Virus record (IMG/VR): IMGVR_UViG_3300036828_000767
Span: 1-53,515 of that record
Reading direction: 5' to 3' (one strand)
DNA from: a virus
Lineage: Duplodnaviria > Heunggongvirae > Uroviricota > Caudoviricetes
Length of the DNA stretch: 53,515 nt
Below the pieces are notes generated by a model that was not told the DNA's origin, ran no database searches, and was given only the letters and a program-made list of their open reading frames with translations. Made by a program: the position numbers and the translations under genes. Below, piece after piece: positions 26,054-34,463 of this stretch (the first letter of the stretch is position 1; each line of letters begins with the position of its first letter).

Positions 26054-26766
26054 GAGATGTGCAGCCCCTCTTTAAACGCCGCCCATGTTTGCGCCGTGTA
26101 AGGCTCACCGCCGAGTTTCTCAATATCAGCGTTCAGCCCGTCCGCGCAATACGTGTCAAACGCGATCCTGTCTTTCCATGCCAGCCCCACGGACCTGGCG
26201 TACGTGTCGTCGTACTCGGCACCACCGCCGCCGGTGAAGTGCAGGTGCGGTATCTCCACGTCATGCAGGTATGTGATGCCGCATGCCTTCCCCCAGGCCA
26301 TCCACACCGGGTCCAGCCACATGTGCCTGATCGACGGCACAGCCAGGTAACCGAGCGTGGTGACAGTGTCCGCGCTGGTGAACAAGTGGCAGCACAGCGA
26401 CCCGGGCTCGCGCGGGTACTTGTCGTTGCCGAACGCGAACCGGGTCTCCTCCAGGGCATCTATCAGGTGAACATCCCACCCGTTTGTCACCGGCACGTTA
26501 TCGTCGCCGATATGGCCAAGGAACTTGTACCCCTCCGCGGCGGCGTCCTCAGCGAGCCGGTTGATCCACGGGCCTACGTTGGTGAGCGAATCACTGACTG
26601 TGTATTCAACCCCGTCCAGCCGGGGATAGCTGGCCTCATCATCAGCGTCCAGGCCAACGATGAGCCTGGTGAAGCCCTGGCACGTGCCCTGCATCGCGTC
26701 ATGCAGGCGCTGAATGTTCCGCGGGCGCCCACGTGACGGGACGATCACCGCCAGGTCTTTACGCAT
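26050..26766 (-). CDS. GT2-like glycosyltransferase
   Basis: LAVIVPSRGRP, VGLDADD, GHIGDDNVPVTNGWD, HMWLD, EIPHLH. Confidence 0.8.
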   Translation of the reverse strand: MRKDLAVIVPSRGRPRNIQRLHDAMQGTCQGFTRLIVGLDADDEASYPRLDGVEYTVSDSLTNVGPWINRLAEDAAAEGYKFLGHIGDDNVPVTNGWDVHLIDALEETRFAFGNDKYPREPGSLCCHLFTSADTVTTLGYLAVPSIRHMWLDPVWMAWGKACGITYLHDVEIPHLHFTGGGGAEYDDTYARSVGLAWKDRIAFDTYCADGLNADIEKLGGEPYTAQTWAAFKEGLHIS

Positions 26767-27691
26767 CCCTGATCACCTGATCCCAGTCTTCCACTTCGGG
26801 GAACGTGCCCCGCATCACAACATGAGCGCCGTTGGCGAAGCTTTTCACCTGCATCGAGTCGCTGGACGGATGCACCTGGCTCATACCCATCAAGCCTGCT
26901 ATTTCCAGGGCCTGCCTGTACTCCCGGTCTTTATTACCGCCGATCACGACGAACTCCACCTCGCCTGGTTCATCAGCAAGAAGCACCAGGCGGGACAGGT
27001 CCGCGGCCAGGGTCGGCTCAGCTCCGGTGACCACCGACACCAGCCGCGGGTTCGCAGGGACACCTTCCAGCAGCGCAGCGAGCTTCGCCAGGTCTTTCGC
27101 CCGTTCCCGTTCCATCTCCACCGCGTGGAAAGTAGCCACATTGGCAAGCTGATCCCGTGCCAGGGCTGTGGCGTCGCGGACCTTCCGGTGGCTTACCGTC
27201 ACCGGGATGTGCCTGGTCCGGCGGAGCTGCTCACCCAGGGCAATGATCCACATGTCGATGGAGTGGTCAAGGCTGAGCCGCCCCAGGCATTCGAACCAGG
27301 CCGCCGGGATCACCGGGAAACAATTCATCCCAAGCGCCTCGGGCACATAAGACCACAGCACCGAGAACGGCAGCCCGCGGATGTAAGCGTCCCAGCCGTG
27401 TGTCCGCATGACCGCGTCGTCGTTCCAGATGAAAAGCCAGTCACCCGTTGCGAACTCGGCCAGGTCGTTGTAATACCGGTGCAGTCCGCCGTACCCGTAA
27501 CGCTCAGGCGACACGTGGACGCGGATGCTCGGCGTGCCCGGGGGGTAGGGAATGTGGTCGTCGGGGTCAACGGCGATGCAGATTTCCACGTCGTCGGGCC
27601 GGGTGGCGTTGTTAAGCAGGGATTCGACACTGTGCCGCATCATCGTGTCCCTGCTGCGGGTGGGCAGCAGAACCGAAATCTTCTCGGTCAC
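26759..27691 (-). CDS. GT2-like glycosyltransferase
   Basis: ISVLLPTRSR, IAVDPDD, GDWLFIWNDDAVMRTHGWD, SIDMWI. Confidence 0.8.
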   Translation of the reverse strand: MTEKISVLLPTRSRDTMMRHSVESLLNNATRPDDVEICIAVDPDDHIPYPPGTPSIRVHVSPERYGYGGLHRYYNDLAEFATGDWLFIWNDDAVMRTHGWDAYIRGLPFSVLWSYVPEALGMNCFPVIPAAWFECLGRLSLDHSIDMWIIALGEQLRRTRHIPVTVSHRKVRDATALARDQLANVATFHAVEMERERAKDLAKLAALLEGVPANPRLVSVVTGAEPTLAADLSRLVLLADEPGEVEFVVIGGNKDREYRQALEIAGLMGMSQVHPSSDSMQVKSFANGAHVVMRGTFPEVEDWDQVIRDA

Positions 27692-28083
27692 GGCGCCAGA
27701 AGCGGCACATCAAGCCGCTCGGTGTCTGTTTCGTAGTCCTCCCCGGTGCGCGGCCCCCTGGTGAACACCAGCACCGTGGTGTCTTCCAGAGCCCGCCAGG
27801 CATGCGCGATACCAGCGGGCTCGCAGAGCATCGTGCCGGCGCCGAATTCCACGGGGACGCCGTCAACGGCGACGTGCTTACCAGCGACGAGCATCCGGCC
27901 GGACAGGATGTACGTCCACTGGGTTGTGCGTTTGTGAATGTGGTTGCCGCGTACCGCGCCCGCACGGGTGAAGATGTGCGTCACGCCGTCGATGATGGTG
28001 CTGCCGAACATGTTCAGCAGCGGCTGCAACGGCAAGTCCTGGATGATGCCACGGCGGTCTTCGAACCGGTCAGCCACGTGCAA
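27688..28083 (-). CDS. Cupin (RmlC/FdtA-like sugar isomerase/epimerase)
   Basis: FEDRRGIIQD, AVRGNHIHKRTTQWTYILSG, GIAHAWRALED. Confidence 0.8.
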   Translation of the reverse strand: MHVADRFEDRRGIIQDLPLQPLLNMFGSTIIDGVTHIFTRAGAVRGNHIHKRTTQWTYILSGRMLVAGKHVAVDGVPVEFGAGTMLCEPAGIAHAWRALEDTTVLVFTRGPRTGEDYETDTERLDVPLLAP

Positions 28084-29200
28084 CCTCCGCGATCTTCGGT
28101 TCGGGCAGCGGGATGATGAACTTCCCCTGGTAGCCCTTGCCGGTCAGGGACTTCATGATGTCGCCGGCGATATGCCAGGAAAAGATTAGCGCGTACGGAG
28201 GCTGGTCTGCGATGAGCTTCGCCTCATCCACAACGGGAATCTGAGTTCCCGGCATCGTCTTGCCGATTTTCTCGCTGCCGGGAACCTCGCACACGCAGGA
28301 CACATAACCAGAAATCCCGGCGAAGTGGATCAGCGGCGTCGCCCTTGTGGTCGCCCCGATGCCGTAGATGCCGCCGGAAAGCCCGCCGAGCAGCCTTCGC
28401 AGTTCCAGGCCGGCCTGGTTCGCCCGGTTGGTCAGTCCGCCGAACTGTGGTGCCTTCGCGGCGAACACCCGCATCGACCCGCCGTGGGTGTCGATATGCT
28501 CCACGGCCTTTACTTGAAGCCCGCCGTTTTCCAGCAGCCGGGTGAGCGTCCCAGGCGTGTAGTACCGCAAGTGCTCGTGGTAAACCGTGTCGATCTGCAA
28601 GCCGTGCTCCACGGCGCTGAAGTCGTGGCACTCGGTGACGAACACGCCCGTGGGGGACAGCAAATCAGCGACGCCGCAGACAAAATCCACCGGTTCCGGG
28701 ACATGCGCCAGAACATTCGTCGCGGTCACCACCTCCGCCTGGCCGTAATCCTGAACGATCCGCCACGCCAGGTACGAGGTGAAAAAGTCCTGGTAGACGT
28801 TCATGCCTTTGGACTGGCATTTCAGTGCCTGCCTGGTGGGCTCCACCGCCACCTTGGTGCACGCCTGCGGGAACGCTTCCAGCAGCGTCCCGTCGTTCGC
28901 GCCGATATCCACCACCAGGTCGTTTTCCCGCAGCAGCCACGACACCTTGTTCGCCAAGCCCTCAAAATGCCACCGCAGCGCCTTAGTGTTCCCCGAAGCG
29001 TACGGGTGATCCGGCGGGAACAGTTTCTCCTGCGGCACCGCGTAAGACAGTTGCACCAGGAAACAGTTCGTGCACCGCCGCAGCTTCAACGGGAACACTT
29101 CACTGCTGCCGTAAGCCTCAGCGACAGGCTGATCACCCATGTCAAGCAGGACCACGAAGTTATGCCCGCCGCACAGCGCGCAGGACCGAATCTCAGCCAT
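28070..29200 (-). CDS. NDP-hexose C-methyltransferase (Zn-binding N-terminus, SAM domain)
   Basis: CALCG...LDMGDQPVA...LRRCTNCFLVQL; VVDIGANDGTLL; TNVLAHV; DTVYHEHLRYY; THGGSMR; KIGKTMPGTQIPV; KFIIPLP. Confidence 0.9.
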   Translation of the reverse strand: MAEIRSCALCGGHNFVVLLDMGDQPVAEAYGSSEVFPLKLRRCTNCFLVQLSYAVPQEKLFPPDHPYASGNTKALRWHFEGLANKVSWLLRENDLVVDIGANDGTLLEAFPQACTKVAVEPTRQALKCQSKGMNVYQDFFTSYLAWRIVQDYGQAEVVTATNVLAHVPEPVDFVCGVADLLSPTGVFVTECHDFSAVEHGLQIDTVYHEHLRYYTPGTLTRLLENGGLQVKAVEHIDTHGGSMRVFAAKAPQFGGLTNRANQAGLELRRLLGGLSGGIYGIGATTRATPLIHFAGISGYVSCVCEVPGSEKIGKTMPGTQIPVVDEAKLIADQPPYALIFSWHIAGDIMKSLTGKGYQGKFIIPLPEPKIAEVARG

Positions 29201-30155
29201 TGTTCTGGTACCACGTAACAGTCGCCGACAGGCCGTCCTTGAACGGCGTCCTGACAAGGTTCCCGATGCCGGCGAGCTGGTCCATCTTCGTGGTGTCGGG
29301 CAACCGCTTCGGCGGGGAGCCCTTAGGCAGCGTCCCGGGGATCACCTTGACCTGCTTCCCGTAGCAGGCCGCTACCTCGTGGGCGACCTGCTCGATGCTC
29401 CGCTCCACCATGGTGCCGACGTGGTACACGCCGGTCTGCCCCTTCTCCAGCAGCAACGCCAACTGCTCCACACAATCGCTGATGTAGCAGAAAGACCTGG
29501 TTTCCAGGCCGGTGCCCTGGATGGGGAACGGCAGAATCGCCGCGCTGGGCTGCTCCTTAACAAGCTGGTTCATCCGCAGGCAGAACTCCGGGATGACATG
29601 CTCACGGCCCATGTCGGGACCGTAAATGTTATGCGGGCGGGCGATCACGGCCCGGTCCAGCACCCCGGTGCGCTGCCACGCCAGCGTCACCAGCTCGGAG
29701 GCGATCTTTCCGCCGCCGTAGGAGTACCGGGGGTTCAGCACATCCGGGACTGTCAGCGGCACATCCTCACCGGTAGGTACTTCCGGTGCCACCTGGTACG
29801 CCTCGCTGCTGGACACCAAGAGGAAATCACCGCAGCCCCACTGTTCGCACGCCGACATCAGGTTCAGGACGCCCCGCAGCGCCACGTCCAGTACCTGCCT
29901 GGGCTCCGCGTAGAACGTCTGCGTGCCTTGCAGGTACGCCAGGTGAATAACAGCGTCCTGACCCTGCACAGCCCGGTGGACCTTCATCTCGTCGCGGATG
30001 TCGCCAGGGATCAGGTTCACCGGGGTGTTCCGCAGCCGTTCAGCCTTCCCCCTGGACAGGTCATCCAGCACGGTGACCTCATGGCCGAGGCCGTACAGGT
30101 GCTTGCAAAGACTGCTGCCGATGAACCCGGCGCCGCCGGTGACTAGAACCCTCAT
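29193..30155 (-). CDS. NAD-dependent nucleotide-sugar epimerase/dehydratase (extended SDR)
   Basis: VLVTGGAGFIGS, VSSSEAY, RYSYGGGK (YxxxK), RPHNIYGP, RSFCYISD. Confidence 0.92.
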   Translation of the reverse strand: MRVLVTGGAGFIGSSLCKHLYGLGHEVTVLDDLSRGKAERLRNTPVNLIPGDIRDEMKVHRAVQGQDAVIHLAYLQGTQTFYAEPRQVLDVALRGVLNLMSACEQWGCGDFLLVSSSEAYQVAPEVPTGEDVPLTVPDVLNPRYSYGGGKIASELVTLAWQRTGVLDRAVIARPHNIYGPDMGREHVIPEFCLRMNQLVKEQPSAAILPFPIQGTGLETRSFCYISDCVEQLALLLEKGQTGVYHVGTMVERSIEQVAHEVAACYGKQVKVIPGTLPKGSPPKRLPDTTKMDQLAGIGNLVRTPFKDGLSATVTWYQNNG

Positions 30156-30781
30156 TACGCCTCCACGTAGCGGAAGTGCGGACTGTCTATTTCCACCCGG
30201 CCGGGCTTGGGCATGTTCGGCAGCATCCCTGCCTGGACGCTGTCACTGCTCGAATGCCGGTAGTAGTACAGAACCCTATCCAGGTAAACCTCCGCCTTCA
30301 CGTGCGGCCTGACACCGCCCCGCCAGGTGAAATCCTCCGGCCAACCCTGCGAAAAGTCACCTATTCGCGCCAGATCGGCACGTACCGGCTGCACGTGGGT
30401 CAGGTCCCGGTACAACACGCCAGCGGCCCAATCGTCACGCGGGGTGTTGACGATACTGTTCAGCACCCTCACCGGCAGGCCGCCGTCCCGGGTGTAGATC
30501 GTCTCGAATCCCACCACGTCAGGACCAGCTTCGAGGGCAGCCAAAATGACCGGCACATAGTCGTCGGCTACAGCGTCGTCGTCATCTATGAAACTGACGT
30601 ACTCGCCGCGGGCCGCATCCAGCAGCACCTGCCGGTACACGCCCACCGGCTTCTCGCCGTTGTTGTGCAGTGCGACTATCTCCACGTCATCGCCGGTTAT
30701 CTGCGACAGAACCATCCCAACCAACCCAAGGAACCGGGACTGCCGGTAACCAATCGTCGGGATCAGGATGCTCCACTTCAC
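30155..30781 (-). CDS. GT2 glycosyltransferase
   Basis: WSILIPT, LDAARGEYVSFIDDDD; GTGA overlap with upstream gene. Confidence 0.88.
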   Translation of the reverse strand: MKWSILIPTIGYRQSRFLGLVGMVLSQITGDDVEIVALHNNGEKPVGVYRQVLLDAARGEYVSFIDDDDAVADDYVPVILAALEAGPDVVGFETIYTRDGGLPVRVLNSIVNTPRDDWAAGVLYRDLTHVQPVRADLARIGDFSQGWPEDFTWRGGVRPHVKAEVYLDRVLYYYRHSSSDSVQAGMLPNMPKPGRVEIDSPHFRYVEA

Positions 30782-31467
30782 CGCAGTGCCTTCACTGTCG
30801 CGACATCCGCCGCCATCCGGTGAGCCTGCCATTCCAGGTAGGCCCGGTAGTCCCGGTGGTCGGTGTGGAAGCCTCCGGCGTCGCCGTAGGTGGCATCCAT
30901 GGAGGCTTTGCCGGTGGTGTGGTGGAGGTGCTCAACTATCACGTCAGGGTTATACACCAGGCACCCGGCGGCGTGGCCCAGGTCTGACCACACGTTGTCC
31001 ACGCAGTAATGACCCAGGGCGGGCAGGCACATCCAGCCCAGCGCACGAACTATCTCCACACTGATCACCGGCGCTGTCGCCAGGCGTTTACCCATCGCCA
31101 GGTCATCCCCGTAAGCGATACCAGGCCCGCCGGTTTTCGACACCGACATCATCAGCTTCTGGTCCCACCCCACCGTGCGAGGCAGGTGATCGTCGCCGAA
31201 CGACGCAAAATGGGTGAACCCTTTATCCAGCGCGGCCAAGGCCAAGACGTTCGTCCACCCGGCCAGAGACTTCCGTGGCCCCACCGTGTACGTCACGTCC
31301 GCCCCACCAGCGGCATCCATGTACACCGGCAGGTACACGTCGTCATCGTCGAGGCCAACCGCCACCGTGGTGTCCTTCGCCCTGGTGACACGCAAAGCGT
31401 CGATCATCCTTGCCAGCCCCGCCGGCCTGCCTCTGGACGGGACAATCACCAGCAGCCGGTACAGCAT
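30778..31467 (-). CDS. GT2-like glycosyltransferase (paralog of 26050-26766)
   Basis: LLVIVPSRGRP, VGLDDDD, SFGDDHLPRTVGWD, HYCVDNVW, VEHLH. Confidence 0.8.
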   Translation of the reverse strand: MLYRLLVIVPSRGRPAGLARMIDALRVTRAKDTTVAVGLDDDDVYLPVYMDAAGGADVTYTVGPRKSLAGWTNVLALAALDKGFTHFASFGDDHLPRTVGWDQKLMMSVSKTGGPGIAYGDDLAMGKRLATAPVISVEIVRALGWMCLPALGHYCVDNVWSDLGHAAGCLVYNPDVIVEHLHHTTGKASMDATYGDAGGFHTDHRDYRAYLEWQAHRMAADVATVKALR

Positions 31468-31471
31468 CTGG

Positions 31472-31639
31472 TCAGTCTTCTTCGCCGGAGGTGACACGCT
31501 CTGCCTCCGGGCACGGGGAAACGTGGTGAATGGACCGGATTTGACTACGCCAGAGTTTGACAATGGGCGCTCCGCAGCCGGTACAGACAAGCAAACCATC
31601 GGCGTTCCTGACCACCCTGACACCATCGGCAGGTGTCAC
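31472..31639 (-). CDS. Small Zn-finger-like protein (55 aa)
   Basis: MTPADGVRVVRNADGLLVCTGCGAPIVKLWRSQIRSIHHVSPCPE...; fills the gap between two GT genes. Confidence 0.5.
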   Translation of the reverse strand: MTPADGVRVVRNADGLLVCTGCGAPIVKLWRSQIRSIHHVSPCPEAERVTSGEED

Positions 31640-31647
31640 CGGCCCGC

Positions 31648-32847
31648 TCACAGCTTCGCCTCTATGGCGGCAAGAGCCGGAATCCAGTACTTCTCCAGCA
31701 CCGTATCCACGTCATACTCCTGAGCGTGCGCCCGGGAAGCGGCACACTTCGCCCGATACGGCCCGTCTCGTTTGTACGCCTTCTCGAACGCTTTGACAAG
31801 CTCAGCAATGAGCGGCTTGTCCCACCAGGAGTCATGACCAGGCCGCCAGTACGGTTCCGACTTCACCTCGTACGCGACCGGGCCGACCACCTCGTGCATG
31901 GCGCTGCCCCACCCGCCGGCGCCGTGCTTCCCCGGCCCGTACTGGTCCTCCCCAGTGCCCCTGGTGGACACCACCGGAACACCGCATGACAGGGCCTGCA
32001 ACGCGGGCAAGCCAAACCCTTCGGCGAGAGACGCACCAGCGTAAAGGTCAGCGATGCCGTAGTTGGACCGGAGCGTTTCCGCACGGATCATCCCGGCGGT
32101 CAGCAGGTACTGGTCGGTCCAGGCGATCCCGTCGAGGCAGCCCATCCGCGCTGCGGTGTACGGCAAGTCCAGCCCGCTGTTTGTCGTTTGCAACGTGTGG
32201 CACATCAGCAGGGCGTCAGGGTGCTTGACACGGAACCGGGAGAACGCCGCGAACAGTTCCGCGTAGCCTTTCCGGTCATGGGACAGGTTCGCCGCGTCGG
32301 TGAAGATGATGAACCGGTCGTCGAGACCGAGGGCTTCCCTGGCGGCTTTCTTATCCGCCGGCGGCACCCACAGCGTCTTGGTGTCGATGCCGTGCGGCAC
32401 ATAGGTGGAGCTGTGACCAACTTCGGCGAGCTGCTTCTGCGCGAAATGTGTTAGTGCCAGCAGGTGCGTCTTCACGCCGGCGTTTTTGGCGTTTTCCAGT
32501 TCGTTGCTGTCACGGGTGGACAGCGGCGAACAGTCCACCGGAATCCAGAACGCCACGTGACGGCCGCGGAGTGTTTCCTTCGGCAAGGCCCACTGATCCA
32601 TGAGCGCTATCACAAGGTCGGCTTTGAAATGTTCGGCGTGCTTCCCGATGATGTCGCCGCCGTAGTTATGCTGCCCGCCAGGGTAGACGGGGATGCCTTC
32701 CCATCTGGTCATCCCTCCTAGATGACCGTAAAACGACGAGATCGCCACCTCGTGACCGAGTTCAACCAGTTTCCTAGTCCATACGCCTGTCTGTACCCCG
32801 TATCCGGTGCCTGCCCAGGCGGCATTACTATGCCACAAGATACGCAT
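31648..32847 (-). CDS. GT4 (GT-B) glycosyltransferase
   Basis: MRILWHS, TGYGVQT, VPHGIDT, DRKGY, AEGFGLPALQALSCGVPVV. Confidence 0.92.
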   Translation of the reverse strand: MRILWHSNAAWAGTGYGVQTGVWTRKLVELGHEVAISSFYGHLGGMTRWEGIPVYPGGQHNYGGDIIGKHAEHFKADLVIALMDQWALPKETLRGRHVAFWIPVDCSPLSTRDSNELENAKNAGVKTHLLALTHFAQKQLAEVGHSSTYVPHGIDTKTLWVPPADKKAAREALGLDDRFIIFTDAANLSHDRKGYAELFAAFSRFRVKHPDALLMCHTLQTTNSGLDLPYTAARMGCLDGIAWTDQYLLTAGMIRAETLRSNYGIADLYAGASLAEGFGLPALQALSCGVPVVSTRGTGEDQYGPGKHGAGGWGSAMHEVVGPVAYEVKSEPYWRPGHDSWWDKPLIAELVKAFEKAYKRDGPYRAKCAASRAHAQEYDVDTVLEKYWIPALAAIEAKL

Positions 32848-33026
32848 TACGAACAATCAGGGCAGTTGCGGCCCACCCGGTCAATACGCTGGCGGCGTAT
32901 CTCGGCGACACGGATAAACACCGAAACGTTGGACCGCCAGGACTCGTTGCTGCGGCCCACGTGCCCGCAAGAGAACTGCGACAGCGGCGCGTTGACCGCA
33001 ACACTGCGACTGCTACCTTCGGTCAT
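32847..33026 (-). CDS. Small hypothetical protein (59 aa)
   Basis: MTEGSS...FSCGH...RNCPDCS; TAATG overlap with GT4 start. Confidence 0.45.
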   Translation of the reverse strand: MTEGSSRSVAVNAPLSQFSCGHVGRSNESWRSNVSVFIRVAEIRRQRIDRVGRNCPDCS

Positions 33027-33060
33027 AGACGGTGCCTTTTCTCGACTAGGCGCCGTTTGC

Positions 33061-33093
33061 GGGGCCGGGAGTTTCGCTCATGCTCCCGGCCCC
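33061..33093. terminator. GC-rich hairpin
   Basis: GGGGCCGGGAG/CTCCCGGCCCC 11-bp stem just downstream of 33125-33373. Confidence 0.65.
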
Positions 33094-33124
33094 TTCACGC
33101 CTGGCTGATACCCGATTCAGGATA

Positions 33125-33373
33125 CTACTTGTCCGCAGGCTCCGCGGGAATCTGCCCCGTAGCGGGATCGCGCTGCTCGGCGTACGGATCGCTTTGACCA
33201 TCCACGTAGGGCCGCTCCGGGTCAACCATCACCGGAACCTGCTCCCGGGGCTGGGCCGTCGGGTCAACACTGGGAGCCTGCGGGTCAAACTCCCCCTCAG
33301 ACTCCGTGCCGGACCGCTCGTCAGCACCGGCCTTCTTGCCGTCCTTGCTCTCCATGCTCTTGTTCCCAGTCAT
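33125..33373 (-). CDS. Acidic, probably disordered hypothetical protein
   Basis: 82 aa, GAGG RBS. Confidence 0.55.
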   Translation of the reverse strand: MTGNKSMESKDGKKAGADERSGTESEGEFDPQAPSVDPTAQPREQVPVMVDPERPYVDGQSDPYAEQRDPATGQIPAEPADK

Positions 33374-33440
33374 GCCTCAACCTTCCTCTTGGGGATTGAA
33401 CCACGACCTGTCTTGCCCACACGCGGAAGGCCAAACCTGT

Positions 33441-33785
33441 CTACCCAGCGGACTTCTGCTGGGCCTTCTTCCGCTGCGACCGCACCAGCACCGTCAGCGG
33501 GACACCCTGCGCCGACCACGCGATCTCCTGCTTCGGCACCGCCGCCCAAACCTCGTCGCCCTGCTCAACCTGCGTGGTGAACTGAGACGTCATCACGTAC
33601 AGGCCACCACCGCCGTCTTCGGCAAGCTCCGGGCCGCCCACGTAGAAGTTATAACCGGACGAAGCCTGAGACTGCCCCGGCAGAGGCAGGGACGCGATCG
33701 TCACTTCCAGGTCACCCGCCTCTGCCGTATACACGCACTGAGAGGTACCCGGCTCGATGTCCTTGAAAAACGTGCGCAACGGCAT
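33441..33785 (-). CDS. Hypothetical beta-rich protein
   Basis: 114 aa, AAGGGA RBS, downstream of the capsid gene. Confidence 0.6.
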   Translation of the reverse strand: MPLRTFFKDIEPGTSQCVYTAEAGDLEVTIASLPLPGQSQASSGYNFYVGGPELAEDGGGGLYVMTSQFTTQVEQGDEVWAAVPKQEIAWSAQGVPLTVLVRSQRKKAQQKSAG

Positions 33786-33794
33786 GAGGTTCCC

Positions 33795-34007
33795 TTAGGG
33801 CATGTAGTCGATGGGCAGAACCAGGCCCGCGAAGTAGGTAGGACACTGGACGAACAAAGGCGACGGGCTCACCGTACCGCTTTGCGTGAGGGTGCCGAGC
33901 TGCTGCCCCTCACGTGGATGCAGGACCACAAGTTGCCCGCCGACGACGACTTCGGCGTCAACGATCGCCTCAGCTACGTTCGGTACCGCCACCGTGCCAG
34001 ATTGCAT
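33795..34007 (-). CDS. Hypothetical protein (70 aa)
   Basis: GGAGG-N5-ATG (MQSGTVAVPNV...), TACAAT upstream. Confidence 0.5.
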   Translation of the reverse strand: MQSGTVAVPNVAEAIVDAEVVVGGQLVVLHPREGQQLGTLTQSGTVSPSPLFVQCPTYFAGLVLPIDYMP

Positions 34008-34044
34008 TACAGCCTCCAGGTCAGATACCTGATTGTAGACATGA

Positions 34045-34079
34045 AACCGCCCCTCCCGGTGCGACCGGGAGGGGCGGTT
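34045..34079. terminator. Hairpin terminator
   Basis: AACCGCCCCTCCCGGT-gcg-ACCGGGAGGGGCGGTT, 16-bp perfect stem. Confidence 0.8.
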
Positions 34080-34089
34080 CGCCTGGGGA

Positions 34090-34386
34090 TTAAGGCGCGG
34101 GCGGCGGCACCGCGGCCTGCTCGGAAGCAGCCGCAGTGTCAAGGTCAGCCACGGCAGCCTTCAGCCCGGTGAGGTCCGGGGCCACGCCGGCGGCAACCTG
34201 CGCCTCCAGGGCGGCGATCTCGGCCTTGATCGCCGCGGTCGCGGTGTTCTCGGCCGCTACGTCAGTCTCGATTTCCTGCGCTGCGGCGTTGATGTCATCC
34301 TGTGCAGTCATGATCACGTCCAGTTTCTGGTTGATTTCGGCGAGCTGCGCCAGCACCCGTTGCTGGAACACCGTCTCAATGGCCAC
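34090..34386 (-). CDS. Ala-rich coiled-coil protein (moron-like)
   Basis: 98 aa; TG-C-TACGCT-N6-GTG promoter; hairpins on both sides. Confidence 0.7.
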   Translation of the reverse strand: MAIETVFQQRVLAQLAEINQKLDVIMTAQDDINAAAQEIETDVAAENTATAAIKAEIAALEAQVAAGVAPDLTGLKAAVADLDTAAASEQAAVPPPAP

Positions 34387-34405
34387 AACGCCAGCGTAGC
34401 AAGGG

Positions 34406-34442
34406 ATTGGCCCCTCCCGTCTGCGAACCGGGAGGGGCCAAT
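34406..34442. terminator. Hairpin terminator after capsid gene
   Basis: ATTGGCCCCTCCCG/CGGGAGGGGCCAAT 14-bp stem. Confidence 0.8.
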
Positions 34443-34463
34443 TCGGTCCCCAGTGGAGAGAGC

